From an uncultured Clostridia bacterium (GTDB taxonomy: Bacteria; Bacillota; Clostridia; Christensenellales; Aristaeellaceae), in contig CAMMYM010000001.1 in the NCBI GenBank assembly GCA_946527725.1, positions 1-58,744 on the forward strand: a DNA stretch of 58,744 nucleotides. The letters are read 5' to 3'. Below, piece after piece: positions 20,354 to 30,323 of this stretch. The notes beneath the pieces are model-generated. The model worked only from the letters and a program-made list of their open reading frames with translations, had not been told where the DNA came from and did not search any database. Position 1 is the first letter of the stretch. Each line of letters begins with the position of its first letter. The position numbers were made by a program, and so were the translations under genes.

Positions 20354-21469
20354 ATGACAGCGGTTACTTCCGGAAAGGCTGCGGGAACAATGCGCCGCGA
20401 AAAGATCTCGAACGCAAACCTGCTTATGTTCATTTCAATCTGCATTTTTGTCATTATGTACCTGGCCGGCATTATCATCTGGGGCGGCGGATTCAGAAAA
20501 CCGCAGCAGGTATTCGACATCCTGAACAATTATGCTTACCTGATCATCATCGGATGTGCGCTGACAATCGTTATGATCACGGGAGGAATTGATATTTCCG
20601 TAGCCGGGATTGTCGCGCTCGTTTCCATGGTCTGCGTTATGTTCCTGAAGGGCAAGCTTTGGCCCGTGGAAGGCATGTCGGACGGTTTGAGGATTCTGTT
20701 GGCAGCATGTATTGCTATCGGTATTGGCTTGCTTTTCGGCGCTGTACAGGGTGCCCTGGTAGCTTACCTGGATATCCAGCCGTTTATCATTACGCTGGCT
20801 GGCATGTTCTTTGCACGGGGAATGATTACAATCGTTAGCGTTGAACCGATGCAGCTGACGGTACAGGATGAGCCGGGAATCCTCGATATCATCCAGCACA
20901 GGATAGAAATCGGCTTCCTTGGGTCGCTGAACAAAAAAGGCGTAATGATTCCGGCACGCATGGAGATAGGAGTTGTTATCGCCCTTGTACTGCTCGTTGC
21001 GATTGCTTTCATGCTCCGCAGGTCACGGATCGGACGCAATTTCTACGCTGTGGGCGGAAACCGCCAGAGTGCACTGATGCTGGGAATTGATGTGAAGAAA
21101 ACGCGGTTTATAGCCCATCTGATAAGCGGGCTGCTGGCTGGTATTGCGGGATTCGTATTCATGATGCACAATGTATCCGGAAACGCGACAAATGCGACGG
21201 CCGGTGAAATGGACGCGATTGCTTCATCAATTATCGGAGGAACGCTCCTCTCCGGCGGCGTTGGCAATGTAATAGGAACCTTCTTCGGTGTAATGATCCT
21301 CGCTACGATCAAGCTGATTGTTACCGCTTCCGGACTGACAAAGCCATGGTGGCAGACGATAACAAGCGGTGCGATGCTTGCGCTGTTCATCCTGCTGCAA
21401 AGCGTTGTCCTCTCACGAAGAGGCAAAAAAATGACGCTTCCGTCATGGCTGAAGTTCAAAAAAGAATAA
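20354..21469 (+). CDS. Sugar ABC transporter permease (YjfF-like)
   Basis: GGIDISV, IQPFIITLAGMFFARG, GRNFYAVGGN, DAIASSIIGG. Confidence 0.92.
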   Translation: MTAVTSGKAAGTMRREKISNANLLMFISICIFVIMYLAGIIIWGGGFRKPQQVFDILNNYAYLIIIGCALTIVMITGGIDISVAGIVALVSMVCVMFLKGKLWPVEGMSDGLRILLAACIAIGIGLLFGAVQGALVAYLDIQPFIITLAGMFFARGMITIVSVEPMQLTVQDEPGILDIIQHRIEIGFLGSLNKKGVMIPARMEIGVVIALVLLVAIAFMLRRSRIGRNFYAVGGNRQSALMLGIDVKKTRFIAHLISGLLAGIAGFVFMMHNVSGNATNATAGEMDAIASSIIGGTLLSGGVGNVIGTFFGVMILATIKLIVTASGLTKPWWQTITSGAMLALFILLQSVVLSRRGKKMTLPSWLKFKKE

Positions 21470-21483
21470 GGCATATTCAGCAA

Positions 21484-21520
21484 TGAGGCGCTGTTCAGCA
21501 GAACAGCGCCTCAGGCTTTT
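21484..21520. terminator. Intrinsic terminator between convergent genes
   Basis: TGAGGCGCTGTTC-AGCA-GAACAGCGCCTCA followed by GGCTTTT. Confidence 0.8.
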
Positions 21521-21527
21521 CATATAC

Positions 21528-23354
21528 TCAGTCATAAATTGTCCGTCCGTGTTCATCCCGGAAACCGGAGAGGCGGAAGAAGAACGTGTTGATAATATCG
21601 CACCATTCTTTGGCGTTGCACAGCTGGCGGTCCATCCTGTCCAGGATCACTTTGCGGTCTTCCTCCGGGAAAGGAAGGGAACGGATCGTTTCCGCCATGG
21701 CCTGTGTTTCCGAAAAACCGTCAAAATGGTCGTCATAGATCCGCTGGATCAGCGTACGTCCGTCCTTCATCCGGAAAGTATAGGGAAGGCGGTGGAAGAA
21801 CAGGATGTAAAGGTCCGGGCACGTTACCGGATCACCGTATTTCTGCTGCAGGGAGTCAGGATACTGCAGGAGGTAGCCGGTACCTGCTGCGGTACGGTCG
21901 ATGCCGACGGCATCCCTGTTTGCCTTATGGTAGGTACCCCAAAGGTCATATTCGTATCCGGAGGGGTTTGGACCGTAATGGTCATGCGGCGTAATCATCC
22001 AGCCGATACCAAGCGGCGCCGTATACTTTTCATAAGTGCGGCGGCTGGAAAGGAGCAGGGAGACAAGGGAGGATTCATCCGCTGGAGAAAAGGCATATGT
22101 AAGCCTGGCCCAGCGGGTGACAGCTTCCTTTGCGTCTGTCTGCGGATCCCAGGCAAGCAGGCCGTATGTGAAGAGATTGACAGCGGCAAGCGGGTGGCCG
22201 GTATAGTTTTCGTCCCTGCCGAGGTTTGATACGGCGGCAAGTGACATAATATTGCTCTCAGGAAGTTCCTCAAAAAGCTCGCGCCACATCGGAATCATGG
22301 TATAAATATCGATCTGGTGGCCTGTGTATTCCTGTGCCAGCTGCAGTTCCATGGCCATATGCGTTTTTTTCATCCCGAGCAGGAGCGGGGAAAGCGGCTC
22401 CCTCACCTGGAAATCAAAAGGACCGTGTTTGACCTGCAGGATCACGTTGTCTGCAAACTGCCCGTCCAGGAAAGCATAATGTTCCCATGCGGCCTTCGGC
22501 CTGTCTGTTTTTGTATCCCGCCAGTCCTGGCGGCAGTTATAAACAAAGCAGCGCCATATAATGGAACCGCCGAAGGGGCGGACTGCTTCAGCAAGCATAT
22601 TTGCACCGTCTGCATGGTTTCTTCCGTAAGTAAACGGGCCGGGACGCCCTTCGCTGTCAGCCTTAACCAGGAAACCGGCCAGATCCGGGATCGCTTTCCA
22701 TACGCGTGCCGCTGTTTCCTTCCACCATGCCTGCACTGCGGGATCCAGAGGATCCGCTGTAGGGATGCCGTGCCGCATGGGCTGGGAAAAGTCAACGGAG
22801 AACATCAGGCGTACGCCAAAGGGGCGCAGGAGGTCCGCCAGTGCGGCAGCTTCGCCAAGGTAATCCTCGAGCAGCAGCTGGGCGGGGAAATGGACATTGA
22901 CGTTATTGATGCAAAGGACGTTCAGGCCGACGGATGCCAGCAACCTGCCGAGTTCGCGCATACGGAAAGGATCATACTGAAGGTGGCCGCCTTCAAAGAA
23001 CAGGCTCCGGCCTGAATAACCGCGCTCCACGGAACCGTCAGCGTTATCCCAGCAGTTTATCATGCGCAGAGCGTACTGCGGGGAGGACCGGAATTCATCC
23101 GGCAGGGATTCGCCGCAAAGCACACGGCAGATCAGGGCATAGGCGCCGTAGAGCACACCCGTGGTTCCGCCTGTGATGAGATATGTACCGTCAGGGCTGT
23201 GTGAAATGCGGTAGCCTTCATCCATGGCGGGATCCGTTTCGATCCGGCAGGGGATATCAGGCAGGGCATGCGACAGTTCATAAGCAGCCAGTTCCTTCGG
23301 GGAAGACGGAACGAAATCAAGGTCATTCTGCAGTCTTGACAGCCAGGCTTTCAT
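21528..23354 (-). CDS. aguA: Alpha-glucuronidase (GH67), no signal peptide
   Basis: WDNADGSVERGYSG, INNVN, GFLVKADSEGRPGP, KHGPFDFQVREP, QEYTGHQ. Confidence 0.93.
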   Translation of the reverse strand: MKAWLSRLQNDLDFVPSSPKELAAYELSHALPDIPCRIETDPAMDEGYRISHSPDGTYLITGGTTGVLYGAYALICRVLCGESLPDEFRSSPQYALRMINCWDNADGSVERGYSGRSLFFEGGHLQYDPFRMRELGRLLASVGLNVLCINNVNVHFPAQLLLEDYLGEAAALADLLRPFGVRLMFSVDFSQPMRHGIPTADPLDPAVQAWWKETAARVWKAIPDLAGFLVKADSEGRPGPFTYGRNHADGANMLAEAVRPFGGSIIWRCFVYNCRQDWRDTKTDRPKAAWEHYAFLDGQFADNVILQVKHGPFDFQVREPLSPLLLGMKKTHMAMELQLAQEYTGHQIDIYTMIPMWRELFEELPESNIMSLAAVSNLGRDENYTGHPLAAVNLFTYGLLAWDPQTDAKEAVTRWARLTYAFSPADESSLVSLLLSSRRTYEKYTAPLGIGWMITPHDHYGPNPSGYEYDLWGTYHKANRDAVGIDRTAAGTGYLLQYPDSLQQKYGDPVTCPDLYILFFHRLPYTFRMKDGRTLIQRIYDDHFDGFSETQAMAETIRSLPFPEEDRKVILDRMDRQLCNAKEWCDIINTFFFRLSGFRDEHGRTIYD

Positions 23355-23447
23355 TTTGCACAGGACTCCTTTACAAGCAGTCATAAAACAGCTATGATTT
23401 TATCATAGCAAACCGTGAAACACAATCCTGCCAAGAGGTGTACCGTG

Positions 23448-23729
23448 ATGAAAGAAATATCGGGTTATCCGGAAAACAGGCTTGACATCCGCATCAATGA
23501 ACAAGGCCGTATTACCTATGAGCAGAACGCTGAATTTGCAAAATACTATGCGCCCTCGCGGGAGGATATGGAAGAGGAGCTTGAGGAACTGCAGCATCAG
23601 CTGGAATTGCTGGAGATCGATGAACCCGGGGATTTTTACAGCATCGAGCATGATGACTGGGAAGATGAGAAACGCCGCCTGGAAGAACAGATCGAAGACC
23701 TCGAAGAATCCATAGCGGAAATGGAATAG
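23448..23729 (+). CDS. Small acidic coiled-coil hypothetical protein
   Basis: 93-aa ORF after GAGGTG; strongly E/D-rich heptads; fills the gap between aguA and padR. Confidence 0.65.
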   Translation: MKEISGYPENRLDIRINEQGRITYEQNAEFAKYYAPSREDMEEELEELQHQLELLEIDEPGDFYSIEHDDWEDEKRRLEEQIEDLEESIAEME

Positions 23730-23771
23730 AACATACTTCGCAAATCTCTGTAAATAATTACATAAAATACA

Positions 23772-23800
23772 TTGACAGACGAGGTATATTGTGATATAAC
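23772..23800 (+). promoter_or_regulatory. sigma-A promoter of the padR operon
   Basis: TTGACA-N17-TATAAC with an extended TG. Confidence 0.8.
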
Positions 23801-23820
23801 ATTCCTCGGGAGGTGAGAAG

Positions 23821-24159
23821 ATGATGATTTCAGCAGATTTGCTGAGGGGATATACTGATGCGGTCATCATGAGGCGGTTGTCCGGTGAAGACGGCTACGG
23901 TTACCAGATCAGCAAGGAAGTTGCGAACATCAGCGGCGGCCGGCTTGAGCTCAAGGAAGCAACGCTTTACACGGCGTTCCGGCGGCTGGAAAGCGCGGGT
24001 TATATCCGATCCTACTGGGGCAATGAGATGGTTGGAGCCCGTCGCAGGTATTACAGTCTGACAGAAGAGGGAAGAAAGAGACTTGGCGAGGAAGTACAGG
24101 CGTGGCATGAGACCCGGGAAGTACTGAACCGGCTGCTGGAGGAGGAAAAAGAATTATGA
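23821..24159 (+). CDS. PadR-family transcriptional regulator
   Basis: YGYQI...EATLYTAFRRLE..GYI...RRRYYSLTEEG. Confidence 0.93.
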   Translation: MMISADLLRGYTDAVIMRRLSGEDGYGYQISKEVANISGGRLELKEATLYTAFRRLESAGYIRSYWGNEMVGARRRYYSLTEEGRKRLGEEVQAWHETREVLNRLLEEEKEL

Positions 24160-25337
24160 ATGCGAGTATTCGTGCGATCATTGACCATATGTTCAAAGAT
24201 ACTGTGGACACGGCCGAAACAAGGGCGCTGCATGAGGAGCTTCTGAACAACTGCCTGGAGCATTATGACGACCTGATCAGCAGGGGAATGAGCGATACCG
24301 AAGCGATTGACGCTGTGGTGGACAGCCTCAAGGGAATGAAAGAAGTCATTGACGAATATCCGAAAAAGCCGGGACACAGTGAGGAAGATAAGCCGGAACC
24401 GGAGAAGCAGCAGGAAGTTCCGGTCATCAATGCTGAAAAACCTGCCGGGAATGCTCCCGAACAGAAAAAACCGACAGAATATGTGTTCAGCGCCGGCAGC
24501 GTACAGAGCCTGCGGACGGATCTGAAGAACTGCGACCTCCAGATCAAGCCTTCCCAGGACGGGCAAATCCATGTCCGCTGCGAGGATATGGACCAGCTGG
24601 CATGCTCCCTGGATGGATCGGTCCTGAACGTCCGGATTGTCGACAACACAAAAAAGGTAATTGAGGATGCAGGGAAGGAAATCAACAATACGGAATTCAC
24701 CCTGAAGGGACTGCTGAATTTTATCGGAAAAGCAATCAACGGCGCAGCTTCCTCCATTACAGTCAGCTGGAACGTATATATTGAACTGCCGGCTGTTTCG
24801 ATCCGGGAAATGGAACTGAACGCAAAATCCGGCGATATTGAAATGAAGGCAGTTCTGCCTGAACGCCTTGTAATTCACACCATGAGCGGTGATGTGGACG
24901 TGGAGGCGAAAAGTGACCGGTATGCTGAAAAAGTCTCAGTCAGTGCCATGAGCGGGGAGATCGATTTCAGCGGGAATGCAAAAACAATCACACTGAGCAG
25001 CATGAGCGGCGATGTAACGGCACGGGGCAATTACGGCGACGCAGAAATGAAATCCACGAGCGGTGATGCGAAACTGAAGGGAACAGCTGACATTATCCGG
25101 CTCAATTCTGTCAGCGGAGATGTGAATGCGGAACTGCACAGCACGTCTGTGAGCCGCATCGAAGCACGGACAACCAGCGGCGATACGGAAATTGAGCTGG
25201 CCCCTGGAACGGACAGCGTACATGCTTCCGTGTCCACGGTTACGGGTTCTGCTTCCTGCAGGATCCCGGATGCCGGAACAGGTGCTAAACTGATCATTAC
25301 GGCATCCAGCGTCAGCGGCGACGTAACAATCCGCTGA
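24156..25337 (+). CDS. DUF4097 beta-strand-repeat protein with an N-terminal permease-prefix/HAAS-like domain
   Basis: EELLNNCLEHYDDLISRGMSDTEAIDAVV N-terminus; repeated [ST]xSGD[VI] units; ATGA overlap with padR. Confidence 0.82.
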   Translation: MNASIRAIIDHMFKDTVDTAETRALHEELLNNCLEHYDDLISRGMSDTEAIDAVVDSLKGMKEVIDEYPKKPGHSEEDKPEPEKQQEVPVINAEKPAGNAPEQKKPTEYVFSAGSVQSLRTDLKNCDLQIKPSQDGQIHVRCEDMDQLACSLDGSVLNVRIVDNTKKVIEDAGKEINNTEFTLKGLLNFIGKAINGAASSITVSWNVYIELPAVSIREMELNAKSGDIEMKAVLPERLVIHTMSGDVDVEAKSDRYAEKVSVSAMSGEIDFSGNAKTITLSSMSGDVTARGNYGDAEMKSTSGDAKLKGTADIIRLNSVSGDVNAELHSTSVSRIEARTTSGDTEIELAPGTDSVHASVSTVTGSASCRIPDAGTGAKLIITASSVSGDVTIR

Positions 25338-25349
25338 TGCAGAAACGGG

Positions 25350-25391
25350 TCCCGGAGAGCAGCCAGGATGAACTGCTTCCGGGATCTTTTT
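25350..25391 (+). terminator. Probable intrinsic terminator
   Basis: TCCCGGA-GAGCAG...CTGCT-TCCGGGA followed by TCTTTTT. Confidence 0.6.
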
Positions 25392-25402
25392 GCTTGACGC
25401 CC

Positions 25403-25465
25403 TTGCTTTTTTTCAGGCAAAATGGTATCATACAATTGTTGTATTGATACATATTAATACAACAA
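25403..25465 (+). promoter_or_regulatory. Promoter and palindromic operator of the GntR operon
   Basis: TTGCTT-N17-TATCAT, then TTGTTGTATT-N10-AATACAACAA (25436-25465) abutting the AGGAGG RBS. Confidence 0.7.
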
Positions 25466-25480
25466 GGAGGATATGACGGA

Positions 25481-26191
25481 ATGAAAAAACTGCAGGCGGA
25501 AAGCTCCAGTCCGCTGTATCACCAGCTGATGCAACGCCTTTCTGAGGATATAGAGCGCGGAATATATCCGGTAGGCAGCCGGATTCCTCCGGAGCATCAG
25601 CTGGAAGACCTGTACAAGGTCAGCCGTGTGACTGTCCGCCGTGCCCTGGCTGAGCTTACCTCGGAAGGCCTGCTGGAGAAGAAGCAGGGAAAAGGTACAT
25701 TTGTATCCACCCCGCGGATCAGCCAGGACCTGAAGAGTATCCACAGCTTTCATGACGCCTGTAAGCAGAATGGCTTCAAAGGCGGTACGATCGTGGTCCA
25801 TGTGAAGGAAACATCGCCGGATGCCTCGGACCTGGAAGAGCTGAACATCCGTGAAGGCGACAGGATCCTGGAAACCCTGCGTGTCCGCACTGCGGACGGT
25901 GTTCCCGTCGTCCTGGAAAAAAACCACTTTTCCATGGCGTACGCTTATCTGGAGAACGAGAACCTTGGGGGAAGCCTCTATAATGTCCTCCGGGATTACG
26001 GCGTGGAACCGAAACAGGCAACACATGATATTTCCATGGCTTTCGCGACAGAAGCCCAGGCAAAACTGCTGGATGTTGAACCAGGCGCTCCTTTGATGCG
26101 CCTGCATGAAGTCGTTTACGACCAGAAAGGCAGGCCGCTGCATAACAGCCTGCAGCTGATACGCGGAGACCGGTTCGTATTCAGGATCTGA
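25481..26191 (+). CDS. GntR (HutC subfamily) regulator with UTRA domain
   Basis: PLYHQL...IPPEHQL...VSRVTVRRAL...QGKGTFV; UTRA C-terminus RGDRF. Confidence 0.93.
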   Translation: MKKLQAESSSPLYHQLMQRLSEDIERGIYPVGSRIPPEHQLEDLYKVSRVTVRRALAELTSEGLLEKKQGKGTFVSTPRISQDLKSIHSFHDACKQNGFKGGTIVVHVKETSPDASDLEELNIREGDRILETLRVRTADGVPVVLEKNHFSMAYAYLENENLGGSLYNVLRDYGVEPKQATHDISMAFATEAQAKLLDVEPGAPLMRLHEVVYDQKGRPLHNSLQLIRGDRFVFRI

Positions 26192-26217
26192 ACGGCAGGA
26201 ATGGAAAGGACAGAAAA

Positions 26218-26691
26218 ATGGCAGAATACAAGGAACTGGCAGAAAGGTCAGAACAGGCGGATAAGCCGGCCCTGGCGGAAAAACCGAAAAAGTTCTGGGA
26301 CGGTGCCCTGAAAATGGTCAAAGGGGAAAATTCTACCCAGCTGATTGAGAACTTTACGGCGGAAATGACGCTGGTTGCAGAAGGCCTCTGCGAGGATCAG
26401 AGTACGCTTCGCCGGGAAGTGGATCGTATGATGACCCAGGAAGACCGGCGCATCCAGGCACTGCAAAGCCGGGTGGACGCGGCGGAATCCGGCCTGGATG
26501 AAGAACGCCGCGCGCATGACCAGGACATCACAGAACTCCGGAACAGGCTCGCGGCGCTGGAAAAGAAGGTAAACAGCCACACCGGCCGTGAGAAGCAAAA
26601 GAAAGGGAATATCATCCGCGACCTGACGGTGCTTGTGGCCATCGCTGCGGCTGCCTGGGTGATTGTCACCCTGGTGAATAAGCTGCTGTAA
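26218..26691 (+). CDS. Hypothetical coiled-coil protein with a C-terminal membrane anchor
   Basis: Heptad-rich core; hydrophobic tail LTVLVAIAAAAWVIVTLV; AAAGGA RBS. Confidence 0.75.
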   Translation: MAEYKELAERSEQADKPALAEKPKKFWDGALKMVKGENSTQLIENFTAEMTLVAEGLCEDQSTLRREVDRMMTQEDRRIQALQSRVDAAESGLDEERRAHDQDITELRNRLAALEKKVNSHTGREKQKKGNIIRDLTVLVAIAAAAWVIVTLVNKLL

Positions 26692-26732
26692 AAAGTGAAA
26701 ATGCGTAAACGCGGCAGAAGGGAGGCATCTCA

Positions 26733-27257
26733 ATGAAAACATATGAGGAACTGGTCAAAGAATACAGGAAAAGGCAGCATGACACGGTTGTGGATACGAT
26801 TGCAGCAGGCCTGACCTATGTTGATGAAATCGCTGTGGATACGGGAATCCTGGAGGAAACAGGCATTCTGACCGAACTGACGCAGAGCGTTACGGGGATC
26901 CTGCCTTTTGTGGTTATTTCCGCAACAGAAGGAACAAAGGTGCTTCTCGGCAAGAAACCCGGTATAACCGGACTGAAAGACGGCGCTTTCAGGATGGCAA
27001 AAAGCGGCGCTGCGCTGGGAGTCGGAGCGGCTGTTTCAGGACTGACCGGATTCTGGGCGGCGATTCCGGTGACCATGGGAGTCCGTGCACTTTTTGACAG
27101 ATACAGGAGCAAGGCGCTGACGGGCAGGAGAGTACAGGGAAGGATCGAACGGCTGCAGGAACTGAACCGCTTCATCCGCAGGGAAAACACAAAGGAAGAG
27201 GAAAAAATGCCTGTCCTGCACGGAGAAGTACTCCATACTGCCGGCCAGGTTGAATAA
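26733..27257 (+). CDS. Hypothetical protein with a Gly/Ala-rich hydrophobic hairpin
   Basis: GGGAGG RBS; SGAALGVGAAVSGLTGFWAAIPVTMG segment. Confidence 0.75.
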   Translation: MKTYEELVKEYRKRQHDTVVDTIAAGLTYVDEIAVDTGILEETGILTELTQSVTGILPFVVISATEGTKVLLGKKPGITGLKDGAFRMAKSGAALGVGAAVSGLTGFWAAIPVTMGVRALFDRYRSKALTGRRVQGRIERLQELNRFIRRENTKEEEKMPVLHGEVLHTAGQVE

Positions 27258-27272
27258 AGGCAGGATTGCAAG

Positions 27273-28073
27273 ATGAGATTTACAAAAATGCAGGGCATCG
27301 GCAATGACTACATTTATGTCAATTGTTTTGAGGAAACGGTGCCGGATCCGTCTGCCACTGCAAAGAAGATCAGCGATCGGCATTTCGGCGTGGGAAGCGA
27401 CGGGCTTGTCCTGATCTGCCCGGATCCGGATGCAGACTTCCGGATGAGGATGTTCAACGCTGACGGCAGTGAATCTGAGATGTGCGGCAACGCTGCGCGC
27501 TGTGTCGGCAAGTATGTTTTTGACAGGGGATTAACAAAAAAGACCGAAGTCCAATTAGCAACCGGAGCGGGTTTAAAAGTCCTGAGCATCAGGGAAATCA
27601 ACGGAAAGGCTGTTTCCGTACGCGTCGATATGGGTGAACCTGAAGTGCAAAGAATCGGGGAGACCGTTGAGGCAAACGGAAAGACCTTTATGTTCACAAG
27701 AGTCAGCACCGGGAATCCCCACGCTGTCATTTTCCAGGATGATGTTGATCGTTTTGATGTTGCCGGTTACGGCACAGTGATTGAACATCATCCGCTTTTT
27801 CCCAACAGGACAAACACTGAATTCGCCCAGGTTCTTCCGGACGGCAGCATCCGCATGCGTGTCTGGGAACGCGGCGCCGGGGAAACAATGGCATGCGGAA
27901 CCGGAGCATGCGCCACACTGGTTGCTGCCGCTGCAAACAAACTGACCGGCCGAAAGGCTGAACTGATCCTCAACGGAGGAAACCTGCTGATTGAATGGGA
28001 TGAAAAGACCGGCCATGTCTTCCAGGAAGGCCCGGCGGAATTTGTTTTCGAAGGAGAATGGCCGGAAGCATAA
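27273..28073 (+). CDS. dapF: Diaminopimelate epimerase
   Basis: FTKMQGIGNDY, EMCGNAARC, GNPHAV, ERGAGETMACGTG. Confidence 0.97.
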   Translation: MRFTKMQGIGNDYIYVNCFEETVPDPSATAKKISDRHFGVGSDGLVLICPDPDADFRMRMFNADGSESEMCGNAARCVGKYVFDRGLTKKTEVQLATGAGLKVLSIREINGKAVSVRVDMGEPEVQRIGETVEANGKTFMFTRVSTGNPHAVIFQDDVDRFDVAGYGTVIEHHPLFPNRTNTEFAQVLPDGSIRMRVWERGAGETMACGTGACATLVAAAANKLTGRKAELILNGGNLLIEWDEKTGHVFQEGPAEFVFEGEWPEA

Positions 28074-28099
28074 CGGAACAAACCGGATTCTTTATTGAC

Positions 28100-28132
28100 G
28101 GACGGCACAGTTATATTGCGCCGTCCTTTTTT
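28100..28132 (+). terminator. Intrinsic terminator after dapF
   Basis: GGACGGC...GCCGTCC followed by TTTTTT. Confidence 0.65.
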
Positions 28133-28291
28133 GCATCAAAATCGCAGAGATAAATCATATATTTTACCGGCAAAACTAATTATTTAACCGATCATTCTGC
28201 AGCCATATCACGGGTGCGGTTAATCCCCGCGGCGTCCGTTACAGCCATATGTATATCCTTTGATAAACATCCCTGTTCCCCCGGTACAGGA

Positions 28292-29275
28292 TTACAGCGT
28301 TGCAGCCATGACGGCCTTGATGGTGTGCATCCGGTTTTCCGCTTCCTCGAACACGATGGACTGCGGGCTTTCAAACACTTCATCCGTCACTTCCATGCAG
28401 TCGACGCCGAATTTTTCATAGATGTTCCTGCCGATCGCGGTATTCAGGTCATGGAAGGAAGGCAGGCAATGCATAAAGACACACTGGTCTCCTGCACGGT
28501 GCATAATATCAGCTGTCACACGGTAGGGCAGCAGGTCCTGGATCCTTTCTTCCCAGACAGCATCCGGTTCACCCATGGAAACCCAGACGTCCGTATAGAT
28601 TGCATGCGCGCCGGAAACAACTGAAACATCCTCTGAGAAAGTGAGCGTAGCGCCGGTTTCAGCGGCGATTGCCCGGCAGTCAGCGATCAGCTTCGCGTCC
28701 GGCCAGTACTTCTTCGGGGCACAGGCAATAAATTGCATTCCCATCTTTGCACAGCCGACCATCAGGGAATTGCCCATGTTATAACGGGCGTCACCCATAT
28801 AAACAAGCGTGATGCCTTTCAGGTGCCCGAAATGTTCACGGATCGTCAGGAAATCTGCAAGAATCTGTGTCGGATGAAACTCGTTTGTGAGCCCGTTCCA
28901 GACAGGAACACCGGAGTAACGGGCAAGATCCTCGACAATCTGCTGGCCGAAACCGCGGTATTCAATTCCGTCATACATGCGTCCGAGAACACGTGCGGTG
29001 TCAGCAATGCTTTCCTTTTTGCCGATCTGGCTTCCGGAAGGATCCAGGTAGGTGCAGTTCATTCCCAGATCGTAAGCCGCGACTTCAAAAGCGCAGCGCG
29101 TACGCGTGCTCGTCTTTTCAAAAATCAGGGCAACATTTTTGCCGGCCAGGAAAGCGTGCGGTATTCCCGCTTTTTTCTGTGCCTTGAGCTCGGCAGCGAG
29201 ATCCAGGAGTCCGGTGATTTCTTCGGGACTCAGGTCAAGCAATTTCAGGAAACTTTTCTGCTGCAGATGAAACAT
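28292..29275 (-). CDS. argF: Ornithine carbamoyltransferase
   Basis: [36 protein letters not shown]; start ATG 29275 after AGGAG. Confidence 0.96.
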   Translation of the reverse strand: MFHLQQKSFLKLLDLSPEEITGLLDLAAELKAQKKAGIPHAFLAGKNVALIFEKTSTRTRCAFEVAAYDLGMNCTYLDPSGSQIGKKESIADTARVLGRMYDGIEYRGFGQQIVEDLARYSGVPVWNGLTNEFHPTQILADFLTIREHFGHLKGITLVYMGDARYNMGNSLMVGCAKMGMQFIACAPKKYWPDAKLIADCRAIAAETGATLTFSEDVSVVSGAHAIYTDVWVSMGEPDAVWEERIQDLLPYRVTADIMHRAGDQCVFMHCLPSFHDLNTAIGRNIYEKFGVDCMEVTDEVFESPQSIVFEEAENRMHTIKAVMAATL

Positions 29276-29318
29276 ACGGAACACTCCTTTGCTATTTGAA
29301 TACGGCCGGTCCCCCTGA

Positions 29319-30245
29319 TCAGTCAGAACCGTAGCGCTTTTTGCTGTCGTTGTATTTGCCGAAAATCTGGGAGAGCTGGGACAGGCCTGATTTACGGCCG
29401 TATTCAGGCTTCATATCAGCCTGCCCGATGACGTTGTAGTTCGCGACGATGCGAACATCATAATCCTCATACTGCCGGTAAACTTCAGCCATGGGATAGA
29501 AGAGCAGCTGGCACCAGACCTGGTGATAGGCGGAAGTGATGATTGTAATTGTGTGGATGTCATGCAGTTTCAGGAGCCTGAAAACATTTACCGCATTTCC
29601 GGCTGTGTTTGCGGAGTCTCCTTCCACCAGCACGCGGGAGGGATCAATGCCGCACTGCTTCGTCAGATAATCGGCAATTGCCTGTCCCTCTGAACGATGC
29701 TGGCGGTTGTTCGGACCGGTGACTCCTCCGGTGCCGATAAACCACGCGTCCGGATACGTGCGCGCTGCAGCGGCGGCAGCGTCGCATCGGAGCTTCAGCT
29801 CGTCACGCATTTTTCCGCCGGCCAGCTCATAGCCCATCACAATGAAAGCGTGAGCGGAGCTGTTTACAATGCCGGAATCAGCAAGCTCATCGGCTGATTC
29901 ACCGCCCTGCCAGATGAGTATAGGATACTCTTTGTTCATCGCGATATTATCCCAGCAATCCATGATGGACAGGGCAATTTCATAATCAGATGACCTGTAT
30001 TTCCGGATCTCCTCAATCACATTTTCAATCCGGCTGCGCAGGTTCGGGGTCTGCCTGACGTTTTCTTCACGAAGCAGCTCAATGATGGTATTGAAATACT
30101 TGACGCCGCGTTTTTCGAAAACAGCCGGATCGGCACCGGCGGAAGGAAGGCAAATGCAAACGGAGAGAACTGCCGCGAGCAGAATTGAAACTGCCGCCCT
30201 CCGGAATGGAAAGCAAGACTTCCTTATCAGTTCTTTCACGTCCAA
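29319..30245 (-). CDS. Exported YdcF/ElyC (DUF218) family protein
   Basis: Signal-like N-terminus; IVMGY, GTGG...[31 protein letters not shown] 30239 is an alternative start. Confidence 0.8.
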   Translation of the reverse strand: MDVKELIRKSCFPFRRAAVSILLAAVLSVCICLPSAGADPAVFEKRGVKYFNTIIELLREENVRQTPNLRSRIENVIEEIRKYRSSDYEIALSIMDCWDNIAMNKEYPILIWQGGESADELADSGIVNSSAHAFIVMGYELAGGKMRDELKLRCDAAAAAARTYPDAWFIGTGGVTGPNNRQHRSEGQAIADYLTKQCGIDPSRVLVEGDSANTAGNAVNVFRLLKLHDIHTITIITSAYHQVWCQLLFYPMAEVYRQYEDYDVRIVANYNVIGQADMKPEYGRKSGLSQLSQIFGKYNDSKKRYGSD

Positions 30246-30323
30246 TCCCCGCCGATCTTCCTGTTTTCTTAGCGCTTGCTGATATTATAGCGCTGAGGGG
30301 AAAAAAGTCAAACAAGCCGGAAA

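Noticed and set aside
24820-25330. Recurrent AGCGG(C/T)GA sequences as a DNA repeat array
   Set aside because: They encode the SGD motif of DUF4097 beta-strand repeats within a CDS.
28133-28291. CAGCCATAT direct repeat in the dapF-argF spacer
   Set aside because: Only two 9-bp copies between convergent genes; compatible with chance.
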